DNA of 57,863 nt, from the NCBI GenBank assembly GCA_030141605.1, contig JAQGDQ010001166.1, positions 1 through 57,863 of the forward strand. Direction: 5' to 3'. The number at the start of each line of letters is the position of its first letter. The stretch's first letter is position 1. The DNA is from Tubiluchus corallicola. Its lineage: Eukaryota > Animalia > Priapulida. Shown in pieces: positions 26,041 to 38,506 of the stretch. The translations under genes were made by a program, and so were the position numbers. The notes below the pieces were generated by a model. The model saw only the letters and a list, made by a program, of their open reading frames with translations. It was not told where the DNA came from and ran no database searches.

Positions 26041-27114
26041 GTCAACGTCACTGCATCAGCAAAATTAAAACATCATAATCATTAATGCTACTCTCATTGC
26101 TGTTGTCGTCAACGATCGTCACTTCACTCTGACATCCATTCGATGAAAATTTTTTGCGTCGCATGTGTTTGTAATCGCACAGGGTACTAAACTGGTCCAA
26201 GGACAAGATGTCATGGTTGTTGAGATTTGTGCTGTCACATAATTATGTGATTTGTCTCTGGAGTTAGAATAGCATAGCTGCAAGCTGATCAGCAGCGTAC
26301 GGTGCAATTCATTGCTAAAAAACGGTTTCGTGACACAAACACAAGCAGGTAAGACCGTAATTCACATATTAACATTACTACATAACTGTTAATCTTTATA
26401 ATTATAGAAATATAATTTCATGTACATTAATTATGAAATATTCACCAAATGATTTATTGATAGATATTTCTATATATCGACCAGCTAACCAATTCAGTTT
26501 TGCGCAGTAAATCATTTCGTGAACCCATCTAACTATTTCAAGATTTTTTGGAAGGGTAACAGTACAACAATTAAATAGTTGCTATTATATATATTAAACA
26601 ATGTTTATTGAATTACTTATTTACATGAGAAGAGTTGAGAGAGGTGATTTATTAACGAAGACAAATTATATCAATGTAAGTTCTTTTTCTACGTTCTTTT
26701 AAGTACATAAAAAGTACTATAGAATAATAAACACAGCATAGTTAAAAAATCACAATTAAAAATACTTCTACAAGACAAATAAAATGAATATTTACACAAG
26801 GAACAGAAAATTAGTAAGCGAAATATGTAAAAAAGGGCTAGTGAGTGTGTATTTCCAATAGGCGAATATATTCCAAGTTAAACTGATACACCAGTATTAT
26901 GAATAAAACTCATTTGATTCATCATTGAATCAAATGATCATTCATTGATCATTTAAAACTCGTATGATTTCATTGCTTGAATTTAAAACTCGCTGACGAA
27001 GGCTAAACGTATTTTTACGTAAAATGACTTTAAAATGATTACAGCCAATTTCGGCGCATATTCTAGATGCTGTGGTAAACAAAAAACTTCGACAATGCAA
27101 AATAGTAAGCCGCT

Positions 27115-27505
27115 TGTGAAAGTTGTAACTGTATATTTTAGGTGCTGCCATCTATTGATTAGTCACTTTAACATTTTACTAGTTAAATTCACCCCGAGTA
27201 CAATTGTTCGGTCCAGTGAATATGCAAACTCACTGGATCTCCCCTATTTTTACTGTATGGGATATGTGAAGCCAAGTTTGTGCATAATTCTCTACCTATA
27301 TAAACTGGCTAGATTTCACTTCTAGCCACTGTCTAATTCTTCGTGATCAGTGCAGGACACTCTGGTCCTCAGTGTAGTTTAACAGTCATGTTACATATAT
27401 CTATGTAGTGTAATAAAAGTATTTCAGTTTTTATGCAAACATGTAGTATAGTGTTTAGTTGTTTTCTACAAGTGTTCAGTTCAACTTCATAAACTAACTT
27501 TCACA
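27115..27505 (+). mobile_element. Solo LTR (BEL/Pao-like, 5-bp TSD), copy 1
   Basis: TGTGAAAGTT...AACTTTCACA with internal TATATAAA and AATAAA. Flanks CCGCT/CCGTT. Confidence 0.7.
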
Positions 27506-27739
27506 CCGTTATTTCGCAATAGCACCAACATTAAAAGTGATCCAGAGGTGACCTAGGGTTCTGTGTTTGGCAACTCTTTTATCATTCTTTTATCATCCAT
27601 CATGCATGTGAATAACTCTTTTATCATTCTTTTATCATCTATCATGCATGTGAATAATTCGCTGAGCAGTTCCTTCAACCAATCGGATAATTTACCAAGC
27701 TCTGTGATCAGAGTTAAACAGGTAATAATTATTGACCTG

Positions 27740-28189
27740 TGTGGAAATTGTAACTGTATATTTTTAGGTGCTGCCATCTATGAACTAATCCTTTTACATT
27801 TTACTAGCGAAACTCACCCCTGGTATAATTGTACGGTCCAGTGAATGCATATTCACTGCATCTCTCCCTATTTTACAGTGATGGTTTTTGTGAAGCCAAG
27901 TTTGCATAATCACCTATACCTGTATATCACCTATACCTATATATACTGACTGGATTTACTTTCTAGTCACTGTCTCACTCTCAATGCAGTGCAGCAGTCG
28001 TGCTATTCATAGTACTCACTGTCTCACTCTCAGTACAGTGCAGTGCAGCAGTCGTGCTATTCATGTTACTGTCTAACTCTCAGTGTTCAGTCTAATAAAC
28101 GCTTTTCAGTTTTGTGCAAATATCTAGTATAGTTGTTTATTCTTTTTCTACAAAGTGATTCATCTACAACCTCAAAAATGACTTTCACA
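27740..28189 (+). mobile_element. Solo LTR of the same family, copy 2
   Basis: TGTGGAAATTG...ACTTTCACA, homologous to copy 1. Flanks ACCTG/ATCTG. Its 3' part is duplicated again at about 28208-28287. Confidence 0.7.
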
Positions 28190-28499
28190 ATCTGGTTGTT
28201 TGTTAAGGTTTTGTGCAAATATCTAGTATAGTTGTTTATTCTTTTTCTACAAAGTGATTCATCTACAACCTCAAAAGTGACTTCACCAAAAGTTCATCAG
28301 AATCGCCGAGAGAATTTTAGTGTGCCGGAGTTAGACAGGTACTTCATGGGTCACGGGGCAATGTACCGGTTGAATGCCTTGGGCCTGCAGTTCACACCTC
28401 ACACTTAGTAACTCACAAAAAGGCTAATGAATTTTATTATAGGCTAATGAATTTTATTATTTTAGATTAAGTTTAAATTTTGAAGAACTCTCTGAGAGA

Positions 28500-28541
28500 A
28501 TGGAATACAAAATATATTTCGCGCTGTTCTTGCTGCAACTC
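28500..28541 (+). CDS. Leader coding exon (first 14 aa of a signal peptide, MEYKIYFALFLLQL) of the small secreted peptide locus
   Basis: AGAATGG start context and a perfect phase-0 donor CTC|gtaagt at 28541/28542. A candidate upstream acceptor ctaatgaattttattattttag ends at 28465. Confidence 0.78.
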
Positions 28542-28834
28542 GTAAGTACAATTCCATTGGTATATTTCTATTTTTTTATTTTAGTGCATTACAGTATTAT
28601 GATTTTTGTAAAAATCAAAATGCTCTTTCCCTGCAATTTTTTTGTTTTCAAATGGAAAACCAAACAAAGCCATTGGTATTATTTTTTTAACCGAGTTCCA
28701 AAAATGATATCACAGCATTTTCAAAAATATTAACATTTACTGAATTTATTCTCGAAATTGGCTCCTTTCTGGTACTTTGCAATTGAGACTTGTTCCCATC
28801 ATAGCTCAGGGTCACTGCATATGCTTGGAAACCG

Positions 28835-28890
28835 AAATTAAGCAACACTGAGCCTGGTTTGTAAACCGACGAGCAACTACCAAGGAAACT
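28835..28890 (+). pseudogene. Degenerate 5S rRNA-like or SINE3 remnant (a similar trace lies at ~31668-31700)
   Basis: GAAATTAAGCAACACTGAGCCTGGTTTGTA resembles the 5S box A/intermediate element region. It is highly diverged. Confidence 0.35.
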
Positions 28891-29202
28891 ATGTCTGGAA
28901 AGTTAAATTTGCAACACGAATATTTATTTCGTCGAGCAAGAATGGGTTTTTAAACGTGGCTAAGACACTTCTGTTGGTTCAGTATCTCATTACTTGCACT
29001 CAAGGTAGGTAGAACTGACTTGGTCCAAGTCAAAACTAAAACTTGTGGGGTCATGAATGGGTCTTGTTCACTTTCGGAATGTTTTTCTACGTATGTATGA
29101 TTGATATTAGCACAAATTGTCCTTTTTTAAAAAATTGTTTAGGTGATTAAAATTTCGACAAATTTATGACGTAATTAGTAGAGCCAATGACGTTCCTTCT
29201 AG

Positions 29203-29292
29203 CTTTTTGTTGTTGCACAGGCAGGGTTTTCATGGGACGACTGTTTTCTCGATTTAGATCGTCGAATTTATGAAACTGAGAAAGAAGTATGA
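29203..29292 (+). CDS. Peptide terminal exon A: LFVVAQA-GFSWDDCFLDLDRRIYETEKEV* (Tyr tail deleted)
   Basis: Acceptor aatgacgttccttctag| in phase 0. Homologous to copies C-G, but a deletion removes the YYEEPYYY tail and the original stop. Confidence 0.65.
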   Translation, partial: LFVVAQAGFSWDDCFLDLDRRIYETEKEV

Positions 29293-29748
29293 TTAAATGG
29301 GAGTGAATCAACATTAATAATTTTTATGACAATTTTAAATCAACCTGGATTATAATTTGGAATGTCTTGTTGATTTTTGTAAAATTTATAAATATCCTTC
29401 AATTATATTTTTGTGTGCACATTAAGCAAATTTTGTCAAGCAAACATTAAGTACAATGACGTTCCAGTTAATGAAGTATTAGGGATGAATTTGAATACGT
29501 AAATCTAATTTAGATGAACATGATTAATTTTTTACATTATAAACATAGAAGAATGGCTTTCTGTATATTAAATGATGATCAAACTTTCAAATTTCTGTAC
29601 CATCGTTGTCATTGTCTGGTCAATATATTGCTGCAACTACTGTACCACTGACATAATCCACAATAGGTAGGACACAAGAATGAGTTTCTTCAAAATTTTC
29701 ATCATCTTTTCGTTTTACTGATCGCCACATCTTGCACACTTTGACATA

Positions 29749-30196
29749 CAGTGGGGGATTTAAGGGTGGCTCCTCAGTGGGGGATTTAAGGGTGGGCCTT
29801 AAATAGTAGCAGTTACAGCACACCAAGTGAATATTTTCTCTGGATTATAAGCTTTAGAACGTTTAGTGGTAGCTTTTATCGAGCAAAAAGTTCCGCATTA
29901 ATGATTTCAGTGTAAAAACGTTTGTGCCCTTTAAGTGATAATTGAAGTTTTTGGCAAAGATGTCGTTGTGCGCAATTATATGCTGTACCAGCGTGTATAC
30001 TAGTATACTGGTGTGTAATTAAGAGTCAAAAGTTTGAGGTGACATAATGAGTTTTAAACTATTGAATTTGCTTGAGGAAATAATAAGAAAAATGGTCTAA
30101 AATGCAGTAAAGTGTATTGCTAGCCGGGGTTCCCCAGACTCCCTAGCTGCTTTTTCATTGGGCCCACCCTTTTTCTAAGGCCTGTATCCGCCGCTG
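29749..30196. mobile_element. MITE (hAT-like termini)
   Basis: CAGTGGGGGATTTA... / ...TATCCGCCGCTG imperfect TIR, with ACATA directly repeated on both flanks. Confidence 0.6.
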
Positions 30197-30309
30197 ACAT
30201 ATGTATGTAGAATTGGAAGATAAAGTATGATTGGTATGTATACGTACCATACAAGCAAGTAAGTCATCTACATCGCCATATTCACGGACTTCTGAGAAAT
30301 TATATGCGG

Positions 30310-30830
30310 TATTAGTTGGCAAACTTCTGTCTCGGAAGACAATGTAGTGTGCGCCAAGAGAGTCAGTTATTGATCACATTGATGGAGCTGCAGTGTCGAC
30401 TGCAGATCCTTGAAGGTCTCCAGGGCGCACACCTGGGCAAGGTGTACGGAGATCCTGAGTTGCCCAGACCGCAGGAACCCCCTCTCTTCCTCCCTGGTGT
30501 AGTCCACAGGAAAGTGGAGCGATACGTTTGGCACCAGGTTGACTGCAGGAGCTGCCGGAGTCAGTGAGCATGCTGCACTGGTCCGCCTTCGGGGCTCCAC
30601 TCCTGATTTGGAAGGTTTACTGCTCTGCACATTGTCGTTGGGTCACTTGACCTCCTTTGACCTCCTTCGCCTTCTAGCCGTTGGCTGCTTTGTGCAGCTC
30701 CTCTGCCTAGTGTCGAGATACAATGTGGGATATGCGGTATTACACGTTTTGTTAGCCAAATTACCCACAACCACGTTTCAGATGGCCCTTGCCGTCGTAG
30801 ATAGTTTGCTTTCCCAACTGTTCTAAATTA
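30310..30830 (-). mobile_element. Probable RTE-type LINE 3' fragment (GC-rich, frameshifted)
   Basis: The minus strand has SWE.., a basic ARRRRR stretch, a decayed Cys/His finger region, and the terminal CATTGTCTTCCGAGACAGAAG..GCCAAC reminiscent of RTE 3' ends. Recognised from memory of the family, not by a search. Confidence 0.5.
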
Positions 30831-31971
30831 AGACATTTGTAGTGAACTACTTAAATAATCCTATTCAAGTTGAGATTGTGATGTCAATGATAAGTTGCAT
30901 CTTAAAGATGTGAATCATAGAAATATATACAGACATCAATTTGTTACGTAATAATAATAGCAATCAAAACCTTATTATGAAGCAAACCTGGATGTTCCCC
31001 TCAGCCACCTATTGTGTAGCAGATGGGAATCTAAAAGGCTTATTTTTGCATTGACTAGTACAGAAAGAAAAAATATATTAAAAAAAGTATATCTTAGAAG
31101 CTGCGAATGACATAACCTAAGTTATGCATTTTGAACGTTAGCAACAACCTGGATGACTAATGCACAGGCAAATAATTTTTCTGCCACATTGTACACACAG
31201 AACAGAAATTATTTAAGCTATCATAAATTTTATCTCGATATATGCATTCAAAATGTATTCACGTTCAAGTGCTACCTAAACTTGCTCCTTAGTGACTAGT
31301 TTACCACTCCAGTTTTATCCCCGAATGTATACTGAGTTATACAAAAAACATTTTAAACGATGAGCATAGTTCATGTGACTTATGGTCACAGGGTCCTGCA
31401 TTGTCTAACGATCATGATATTCTAAGTGTTATCTCAATGTTCTTGGTTCAAATCCAGCCGCAATCCCGATTTTTTAATCATCGCTACATCAGGCACTGTG
31501 TAGAACTAATTCAATTATGATAGTTAAAACACTACCCTAAAATATGAAAACTATAAAAAATCTACTTAGATTTAAAAATTCTTATTGACATCTGTTAGTA
31601 CAATGCTCCAATTTCCAGCACTAATTAAACTGAAACTTATACTTTTCACTAGATGGGTGATGCGAGTTAAGTTAAGGAACCTGAGCCTAGTTAGTAAGCT
31701 TGACCATCAGACAAGCATTTCTGGGCAGTTTCGGCTGCTATATAGCCTCTAACTATTTATCTCAATGAGGGAGATAAATCTGAATGTTTGGCATCTCATC
31801 TTATTATTGATGCAAATCAAATTAGGAATGTTGTCATTCACTAATCAATAAACATTAGGTTTTTAATAGAGTATTACTAGTAAATTACTTATAAACTATA
31901 ATCACACAAAATTTAGCAACCACACTTCTAAGAAAAACATTTGTATAGCTAATGGCTCTTCCTTTTCTTTT

Positions 31972-32073
31972 ATGTATTTCTTCTTGCTGCTCATCCGCCA
32001 TTATTTTCCCCCTTCTGATCGCGAAGTTTATAGAACTGACTTTTCCGATAGATTCTATTATTATGAATATTAA
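31972..32073 (+). pseudogene. Peptide terminal exon B, degenerate (..HYFPPSDREVYRTDFSDRFYYYEY*)
   Basis: Same upstream context (ttgtatagctaatgg..). The acceptor position reads TAT rather than TAG, and VFLLAA is out of frame with the peptide. Confidence 0.6.
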
Positions 32074-32423
32074 AAGGGGCTAGTACCTTTGTCCTTGACA
32101 TCTTATACACGAGCATGACAGTTTTCCCACCAATCCATTCTTGAAAATAAGGGATGAAAACTTTTCCAAACGAATTAAGTTAACTGCTCTTGCTCGTTTT
32201 AAAATTGTTCTTTTTCCAATCATCTTGTACACAAACTTGCACGTGCCCAAACTCGCCAGCATTTAGGCTCCTGCACCTCAAAAGGTTCAGTCTTGGCTCA
32301 GCACCTTATACAGTCGCCCATACAGATTTACGCATTTTGATTTTAAACCTAAATAAAGTTTAGTTACTTAAAATCATGACATTTTTATGAAATAATTAGT
32401 ATAGCGAATGACTCTTCTTGTAG

Positions 32424-32534
32424 GTTTTTCTTCTTGCTCAAGCCGGGTTTCCATATATTGACTACTTTCCGGATTTTGATCGTCGAGTTTATGAAACTGA
32501 TTATTATGAAGAACCATATTACTACGTTATATAA
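32424..32534 (+). CDS. Peptide terminal exon C: VFLLAQA-GFPYIDYFPDFDRRVYETDYYEEPYYYVI*
   Basis: Acceptor gaatgactcttcttgtag| in phase 0, TAA stop, AATAAA at ~32696 and ~32758. Confidence 0.8.
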   Translation, partial: VFLLAQAGFPYIDYFPDFDRRVYETDYYEEPYYYVI

Positions 32535-33991
32535 ACAAGTCTGGAGAAAGAAGGATGATTAAATGGCAACAAATCAATATTAATGATTTTATGTCAATTT
32601 TAATTCACCTTAACTGTTTCACTAAGTTTTTCTAACTTTTTTAAACGTATATGAATGTATGCTAATTAATTACTAATCATACATTTGGGTACACAAATAA
32701 ACAAGTACGGTCAAGCAAATTTTAAATATAATAGGTGTCTTGTAAGTTTGAACTATGAATAAAATTGATGTCTAATTTGGATGAACAATGAATGATTTCT
32801 TTTACATTATAAATATATGCTTTTAGTAAGTTGGACTGGCTTTACCTTTTTTCTGATTAATCTTCGTTCATTAATATTTGCTGGTGAACAAACGTTCACC
32901 ATGTTGTATCATCAATGTTGTTGTCTGTATCATCATTGCTGTCACTTCGTCCATGACGTCATCAACAATATTTACCCAACAGGTTGATAAAAGACACCAA
33001 TAAATTACATTTTTTGAAGTTTTTTGTCATCTTTAAGTTTCAGTAATCTAGACGTCTAACACACTTTTCAATGTTAAATAGAATTCGTTTATTTTACATT
33101 GTATACATACAATAGATGTAACTAAATCATCAACAATGCAATAATTACAAATAAGAAGTAATATATGCTATTACAAGTTTCAGCACTTTAAACACAGGCA
33201 AGAATGCCGTTTCAGTGAATATAATTAGTTTTTAATCTCGCAAAATACAGATTTAAAAATGGTTTTACGTATATAGGTTGAATTAGCATTCTCATTGTCA
33301 TTGCAATACTTAACTTAACCATCACTGCTGAAGTCACCCTCTGTCACCACATAGGTTTATTAAAAGGCACGAGTAATCATGCTCTCCAAAATATAGCTCC
33401 CATGGTCAAGTGAAAGACAAACAACTTTGATGTAATATGCTAGAGTTTCATTCCAAGTCTGAGAAAAAAATTGTAGCATTTGAACTTAGTCGATCAGAAA
33501 GGAGAACAAAGTGTTGGTGCTACATCATGTGTCAATGGCTTTGTTCACAATAGTGGGCTCAGAAAAAATAGATTCAACAGCAGATTAGAGTAGGTTTGGG
33601 AACAATCTGTTCTGGAGAAAAAGGCGACAAAAACATTGGCTTTTGATTTTTTGTTCATCAGCATCACACTTTCTCGCTCAGTCAGTTCTGGGGTATAAAG
33701 AATGGGAATTGCCCCAAATAGGATAATATTACTACAGTTGCTTGTGTTAAACTTTTCAATATTCATTCGTTTTATGCCCAAATTTGCATGTGTCCATATG
33801 TCCAGTATTTAGGCTCGGGCGCCCCACAAATTTTAGTCTTAGCCCTTACACACTCATGCACTGGATTTGTGGGTTTTGGTTTTAAAAGTAACTAATGCTT
33901 AGCTACTTAAGATGATATTTATATATATATATATATATATATTATGATATTTTTGTGAAATAATTAGTATAGTGAATGACTCTTCTTCTAG

Positions 33992-34102
33992 GTTCTTCTT
34001 GTTGCTCAAGCCGGGTATCCATTTGTTGAGTACTTTCCGGATTTTGATCGTCGAGTTTATGAAACTGTTTATTATGAAGAACCGTATTACTATATTATAT
34101 AA
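33992..34102 (+). CDS. Peptide terminal exon D: VLLVAQA-GYPFVEYFPDFDRRVYETVYYEEPYYYII*
   Basis: Acceptor gaatgactcttcttctag|, TAA stop, downstream AATAAA at ~34261 and ~34323. Confidence 0.8.
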   Translation, partial: VLLVAQAGYPFVEYFPDFDRRVYETVYYEEPYYYII

Positions 34103-35550
34103 ATAAGTCTGGCGAAAGAAGGATAATTAAATGGGAACGAATCCATATTAATGATTTTATGTCAATTTTAATTCATCTTAACTGTTTTATTATTTTTCTA
34201 ACTTTTTTAAACGTGTATGAATGTATCTAATTAATTATTAATCATACATTTGGGTACACAAATAAACAAGTACGGTCAAGCAAATTTTAAATATAATAGG
34301 TGTCTTGTAAGTTTGAACTATGAATAAAATTGATGTCTAATTTGGATGAACAATGAATGATTTTTTTACATTATAAATATATGCCTTTAGAAAGTTGGAC
34401 TGGCTTTACCTTTTTTTCTGATTAATCATCGTTCATCAATATTTGCTGGTGAACAAACGTTCACCATGTTGTATCATCAATGTTGTTGTCTGTGTCATCA
34501 TTGCTGTCACTTCGTCCATGACGTCATCAACAATATTTACCCAACAGGTTGATAAAAGACACCAATAAATTACATTTTTTCAAGTTTTTTGTCATCTTTA
34601 AGTTTCAGTAATCTAGACGTCTAACACACTTTTCAATGTTAAATAGAATTCGTTTATTTTACATTGTATACATACAATAGATGTAACTAAATCATCAACA
34701 ATGCAATAATTACAAATAAGAAGTAATATATGCTATTACAAGTTTCAGCACTTTAAACACAGGCAAGAATGCCGTTTCAGTGAATATAATTAGTTTTTAA
34801 TCTCGCAAAATACAGATTTAAAAATGGTTTTACGTATATAGGTTGAATTAGCATTCTCATTGTCATTGCAATACTTAACTTAACCATCACTGCTGAAGTC
34901 ACCCTCTGTCACCACATAGGTTTATTAAAAGGCACGAGTAATCATGCTCTCCAAAATATAGCTCCCATGGTCAAGTGAAAGACAAACAACTTTGATGTAA
35001 TATGCTAGAGTTTCATCCCAAGTCTGAGAAAAAAATTGTAGCATTTGAACTTAGTCGATCAGAAAGGAGAACAAAGTGTTGGTGCTACATCATGTGTCAA
35101 TGGCTTTGTTCACAATAGTGGGCTCAGAAAAAATAGATTCAACAGCAGATTAGAGTAGGTTTGGGAACAATCTGTTCTGGAGAAAAAGGCGACAAAAACA
35201 TTGGCTTTTGATTTTTTGTTCATCAGCATCACACTTTCTCGCTCAGTCAGTTCTGGGGTATAAAGAATGGGAATTGCCCCAAATAGGATAATATTACTAC
35301 AGTTGCTTGTGTCAAACTTTTCAGTATTCATTCGTTTTATGTCCAAATTTGCATGTGTCCAAATGTGCCAGTATTTAGGCTCTGGCCCCCACAAATTTTA
35401 GTCTTAGCCCTTACACAATCATGCACTGGATTTATGGGTTTTGGTTTTAAAAGTAACTAATGCTTAGCTACTTAAGATGATATTTATATATATATATATA
35501 TTATGATATTTTTGTGAAATAATTAGTATAGTGAATGACTCTTCTTCTAG

Positions 35551-35661
35551 GTTCTTCTTGTTGCTCAAGCCGGGTATCCATTTGTTGACTACTTTCCGGA
35601 TTTTGATCGTCGAGTTTATGAAACTGTTTATTATGAAGAACCGTATTACTATATTATATAA
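35551..35661 (+). CDS. Peptide terminal exon E: VLLVAQA-GYPFVDYFPDFDRRVYETVYYEEPYYYII*
   Basis: Same structure as exon D. AATAAA at ~35819 and ~35881. Confidence 0.8.
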   Translation, partial: VLLVAQAGYPFVDYFPDFDRRVYETVYYEEPYYYII

Positions 35662-36683
35662 ATAAGTCTGGCGAAAGAAGGATAATTAAATGGGAACGAA
35701 TCCATATTAATGATTTTATGTCAATTTTAATTCATCTTAACTGTTTTATTATTTTTCTAACTTTTTTAAACGTGTATGAATGTATCTAATTAATTATTAA
35801 TCATACATTTGGGTACACAATAAACAGGTACGGTCAAGCAAATTTTAATTACAATAGGTGTCTTGTAAATTTGAACTATGAATAAAATTGATGTGTAAAT
35901 CTAATTTAGATGAGTGATGAATGATTTTTTACATTATGAATATATGCTTTTAGTAAGTTGGACTGGCTTTACCTTATTCAGGTTCAATGTCATTGTTCAA
36001 CATTTTGGATCTTCGTTGTCATTGTTTTTAACATAGGTTATGGCACCATCACCTCTGTTACAGATCGGTGTTTTAACAACATCAGGAATTATGTTCTTGA
36101 AAATGTAGCTCCCTGGGTCAACTGGTAGCAACTTGAGTTTAAAATGCCAGAGCTTCATTTCAAGTCTCGAAAAAATTTGTAGAGTTTCAACTTAGTTTGA
36201 GCAGAAAGGAGGAGAATGATAGAAACTGTTGGTGCTACATCATGTGTCAATGACTCTGTTCATAAGTATCAGTTTAGAAAAAACAGATTCAACAGCAGAT
36301 TAGGGTAGATTTGGGAACAAATTTGTTCTAGAGAAAAAGGGGCAGGAACATTGGCCCTTGACAAGTCGTACATGGGCATCACACTTTCTCTCAGTCATCT
36401 CTGGAGAATAAAAGATGGGAAGTGTCTTCAAAGTGATTAATATATCAGTTCTTGCTCGTGTCATAAATGTTTGTTTCCAACAATTTTTTGACCAAATTTG
36501 ATTGTGTTCAAACATCGGACTAGTTAAGCCCTTGCACCCCACAAGTTTTAGTCTTGGCTCAGCCCCTTATACAATAATGTATTAGATTTGTTTATTTTGG
36601 CTTTAAAACTAACCAAGGTTTAACTAATTAAAATCACCACATTATTATGGAATAATTTGTATAGCTAATGACTCTTCTTCTAG

Positions 36684-36797
36684 GTTTTCCTTCTTGCTCA
36701 AGCCGGGTTTCCATTTACTGGCTACTTTCGAGATTTTGATCGTCGAGTTTATGAAACTGATTATTATGAAGAACCATATTATTACTATATTATATAA
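36684..36797 (+). CDS. Peptide terminal exon F: VFLLAQA-GFPFTGYFRDFDRRVYETDYYEEPYYYYII*
   Basis: Acceptor ctaatgactcttcttctag|. Has an in-frame one-codon (Tyr) insertion relative to C-E. Confidence 0.8.
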   Translation, partial: VFLLAQAGFPFTGYFRDFDRRVYETDYYEEPYYYYII

Positions 36798-38506
36798 GTA
36801 AGTCTATTGAAATAAGCACGATTAAATGGCAATAAATCAATATAAACGATTTTATGTCAATTTTAATTTGCCTTAACTGTTTTACTGATTACTTTTCACA
36901 TTTCTAAATGTATATTAATGTATGCTAATTAATTACTAATTATGCTTTTGAGTACACATTAAACAGATATGGTCAAGCAAACATTAATTGCAATAGACAT
37001 CATGTAAATGAGACATTCTAATCTCGTGTCTGTCTAATTCGCCTTAGATTCTTTTATTGATTTTTTCCACTTTTTTAATTGTGCATTAAGATGAAAGAAT
37101 TATGTTTTTCGGAACACAGTAATCAAACATTGTCAAACAAAAATTAATTACATCAGGTCTCCTGTAAATGTGAATTCTGAATAAAGTAAATATTTAACTC
37201 TAATTTAGTTGAATGTGATTGATTTTTACATTAGAACTATATGTCTCTAGACAGTTAGATGGCTGTACCTTTTTCTCTCATTCGTCATCAATCAAAAATA
37301 TTTATTAGTGATCAAACCTCCAAAATGTTGTGTCCCCGTATTCACCGTGTTTGTCATTATTGCTGTCACTGCTGAATACTAACGTTGTGCACTATTAACG
37401 CAGGTTAATAAAAAAACTTTAAGAATTATAATTCTCACAATTTTTATCGTCTTTCTCTTTCAATAACCTATACGTCTTGCACTTTTACATAATTATTTAT
37501 ACAGAATTTGACGATGTATACATTCAGCAATAGCAGATAAGAAGTTATATGTGCTCTTAGACGTTTCAATCCCCTAAACACAGACCACAACGCTGCTTAG
37601 ATGAAGATAATTCGTTAAAAATAACATTTCATATTGCAAATATGAGATCATATTTTATGACCTCATAAAATATAGATTTAAGAAAATGGCTTTACATATA
37701 TAGATTGGTATATGTTTCTGTACCATCGTTTTCATTGTCTTTATCACTGTTGCCTTTGTCATCACTACTGAAGTATCGTATATTATCACGTAGGTAGATT
37801 AAAAACACGATTAATTATATTCTTCAAAAATATAACTCCCGTGATCAAATGGTAGAAGAATGGCTACAAGATAATTTATACAAATAGTAATAAAGCAAAA
37901 TAACAATTGTAAAAAGGATTAATGAACCTAGTATTTCTGATAAAATATATGCGCTGTACAATTTCTGTCAAATCAAGATGTAACAATGTAATCTAGAATT
38001 GATTGCAGCTGTAGTGTGTTTAAAAAATGAAGATCATTGCAATTCTAGGCATTCGATACAGTCTCTAGCCATATTAACAATTACCTGTTGGTTTCCTTTC
38101 AAAGCCTTTTCTTCACTGATCTCCTTACCAAAGTATTATATCTATATACTAACTGATAATTACTACAGCTCAACGTATAACATATATGTCGTAAATTAAA
38201 ATGCATTGCTGATTTAACAGTAAACAGAGCTTGTTGTGTCACAAACTTAACAATAGTGTTAATACTTTGTTTACAAAAACGCTTGGCAAACTGTTGACTT
38301 GGATGGATAACATTGGCAATATAAGGTAATATATTAGTGTACTCTCGATATGGGAGGCAGCATAACTTACGCACGGCAATATTCCAGGAAATATCGATAA
38401 AGTTTCAATGACAATTATCACGGTTATACAGTCGCCTATTAGATTGGCTACTTAAAATCAGACATTTTTATGAAATAATTTGTATCGCGAATGACTTTTC
38501 TTCTAG

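Noticed and set aside
25752-26078. His-rich metal-binding protein
   Set aside because: It is a degenerate (CAT/CGT)n tract, open in several frames, with no signal peptide or supported splice context.
28500-28733. 77-aa unspliced ORF as a complete gene
   Set aside because: A perfect GTAAGT donor follows codon 14 and the rest is AT-rich and intron-like. It is better explained as a leader exon.
33545-35394. Duplicated minus-strand ORFs (78 and 94 aa) as the gene of the duplication unit
   Set aside because: They are near-identical only because the duplication is recent. The diverged copy at 36300-36542 does not keep the frame, unlike the plus-strand peptide exons.
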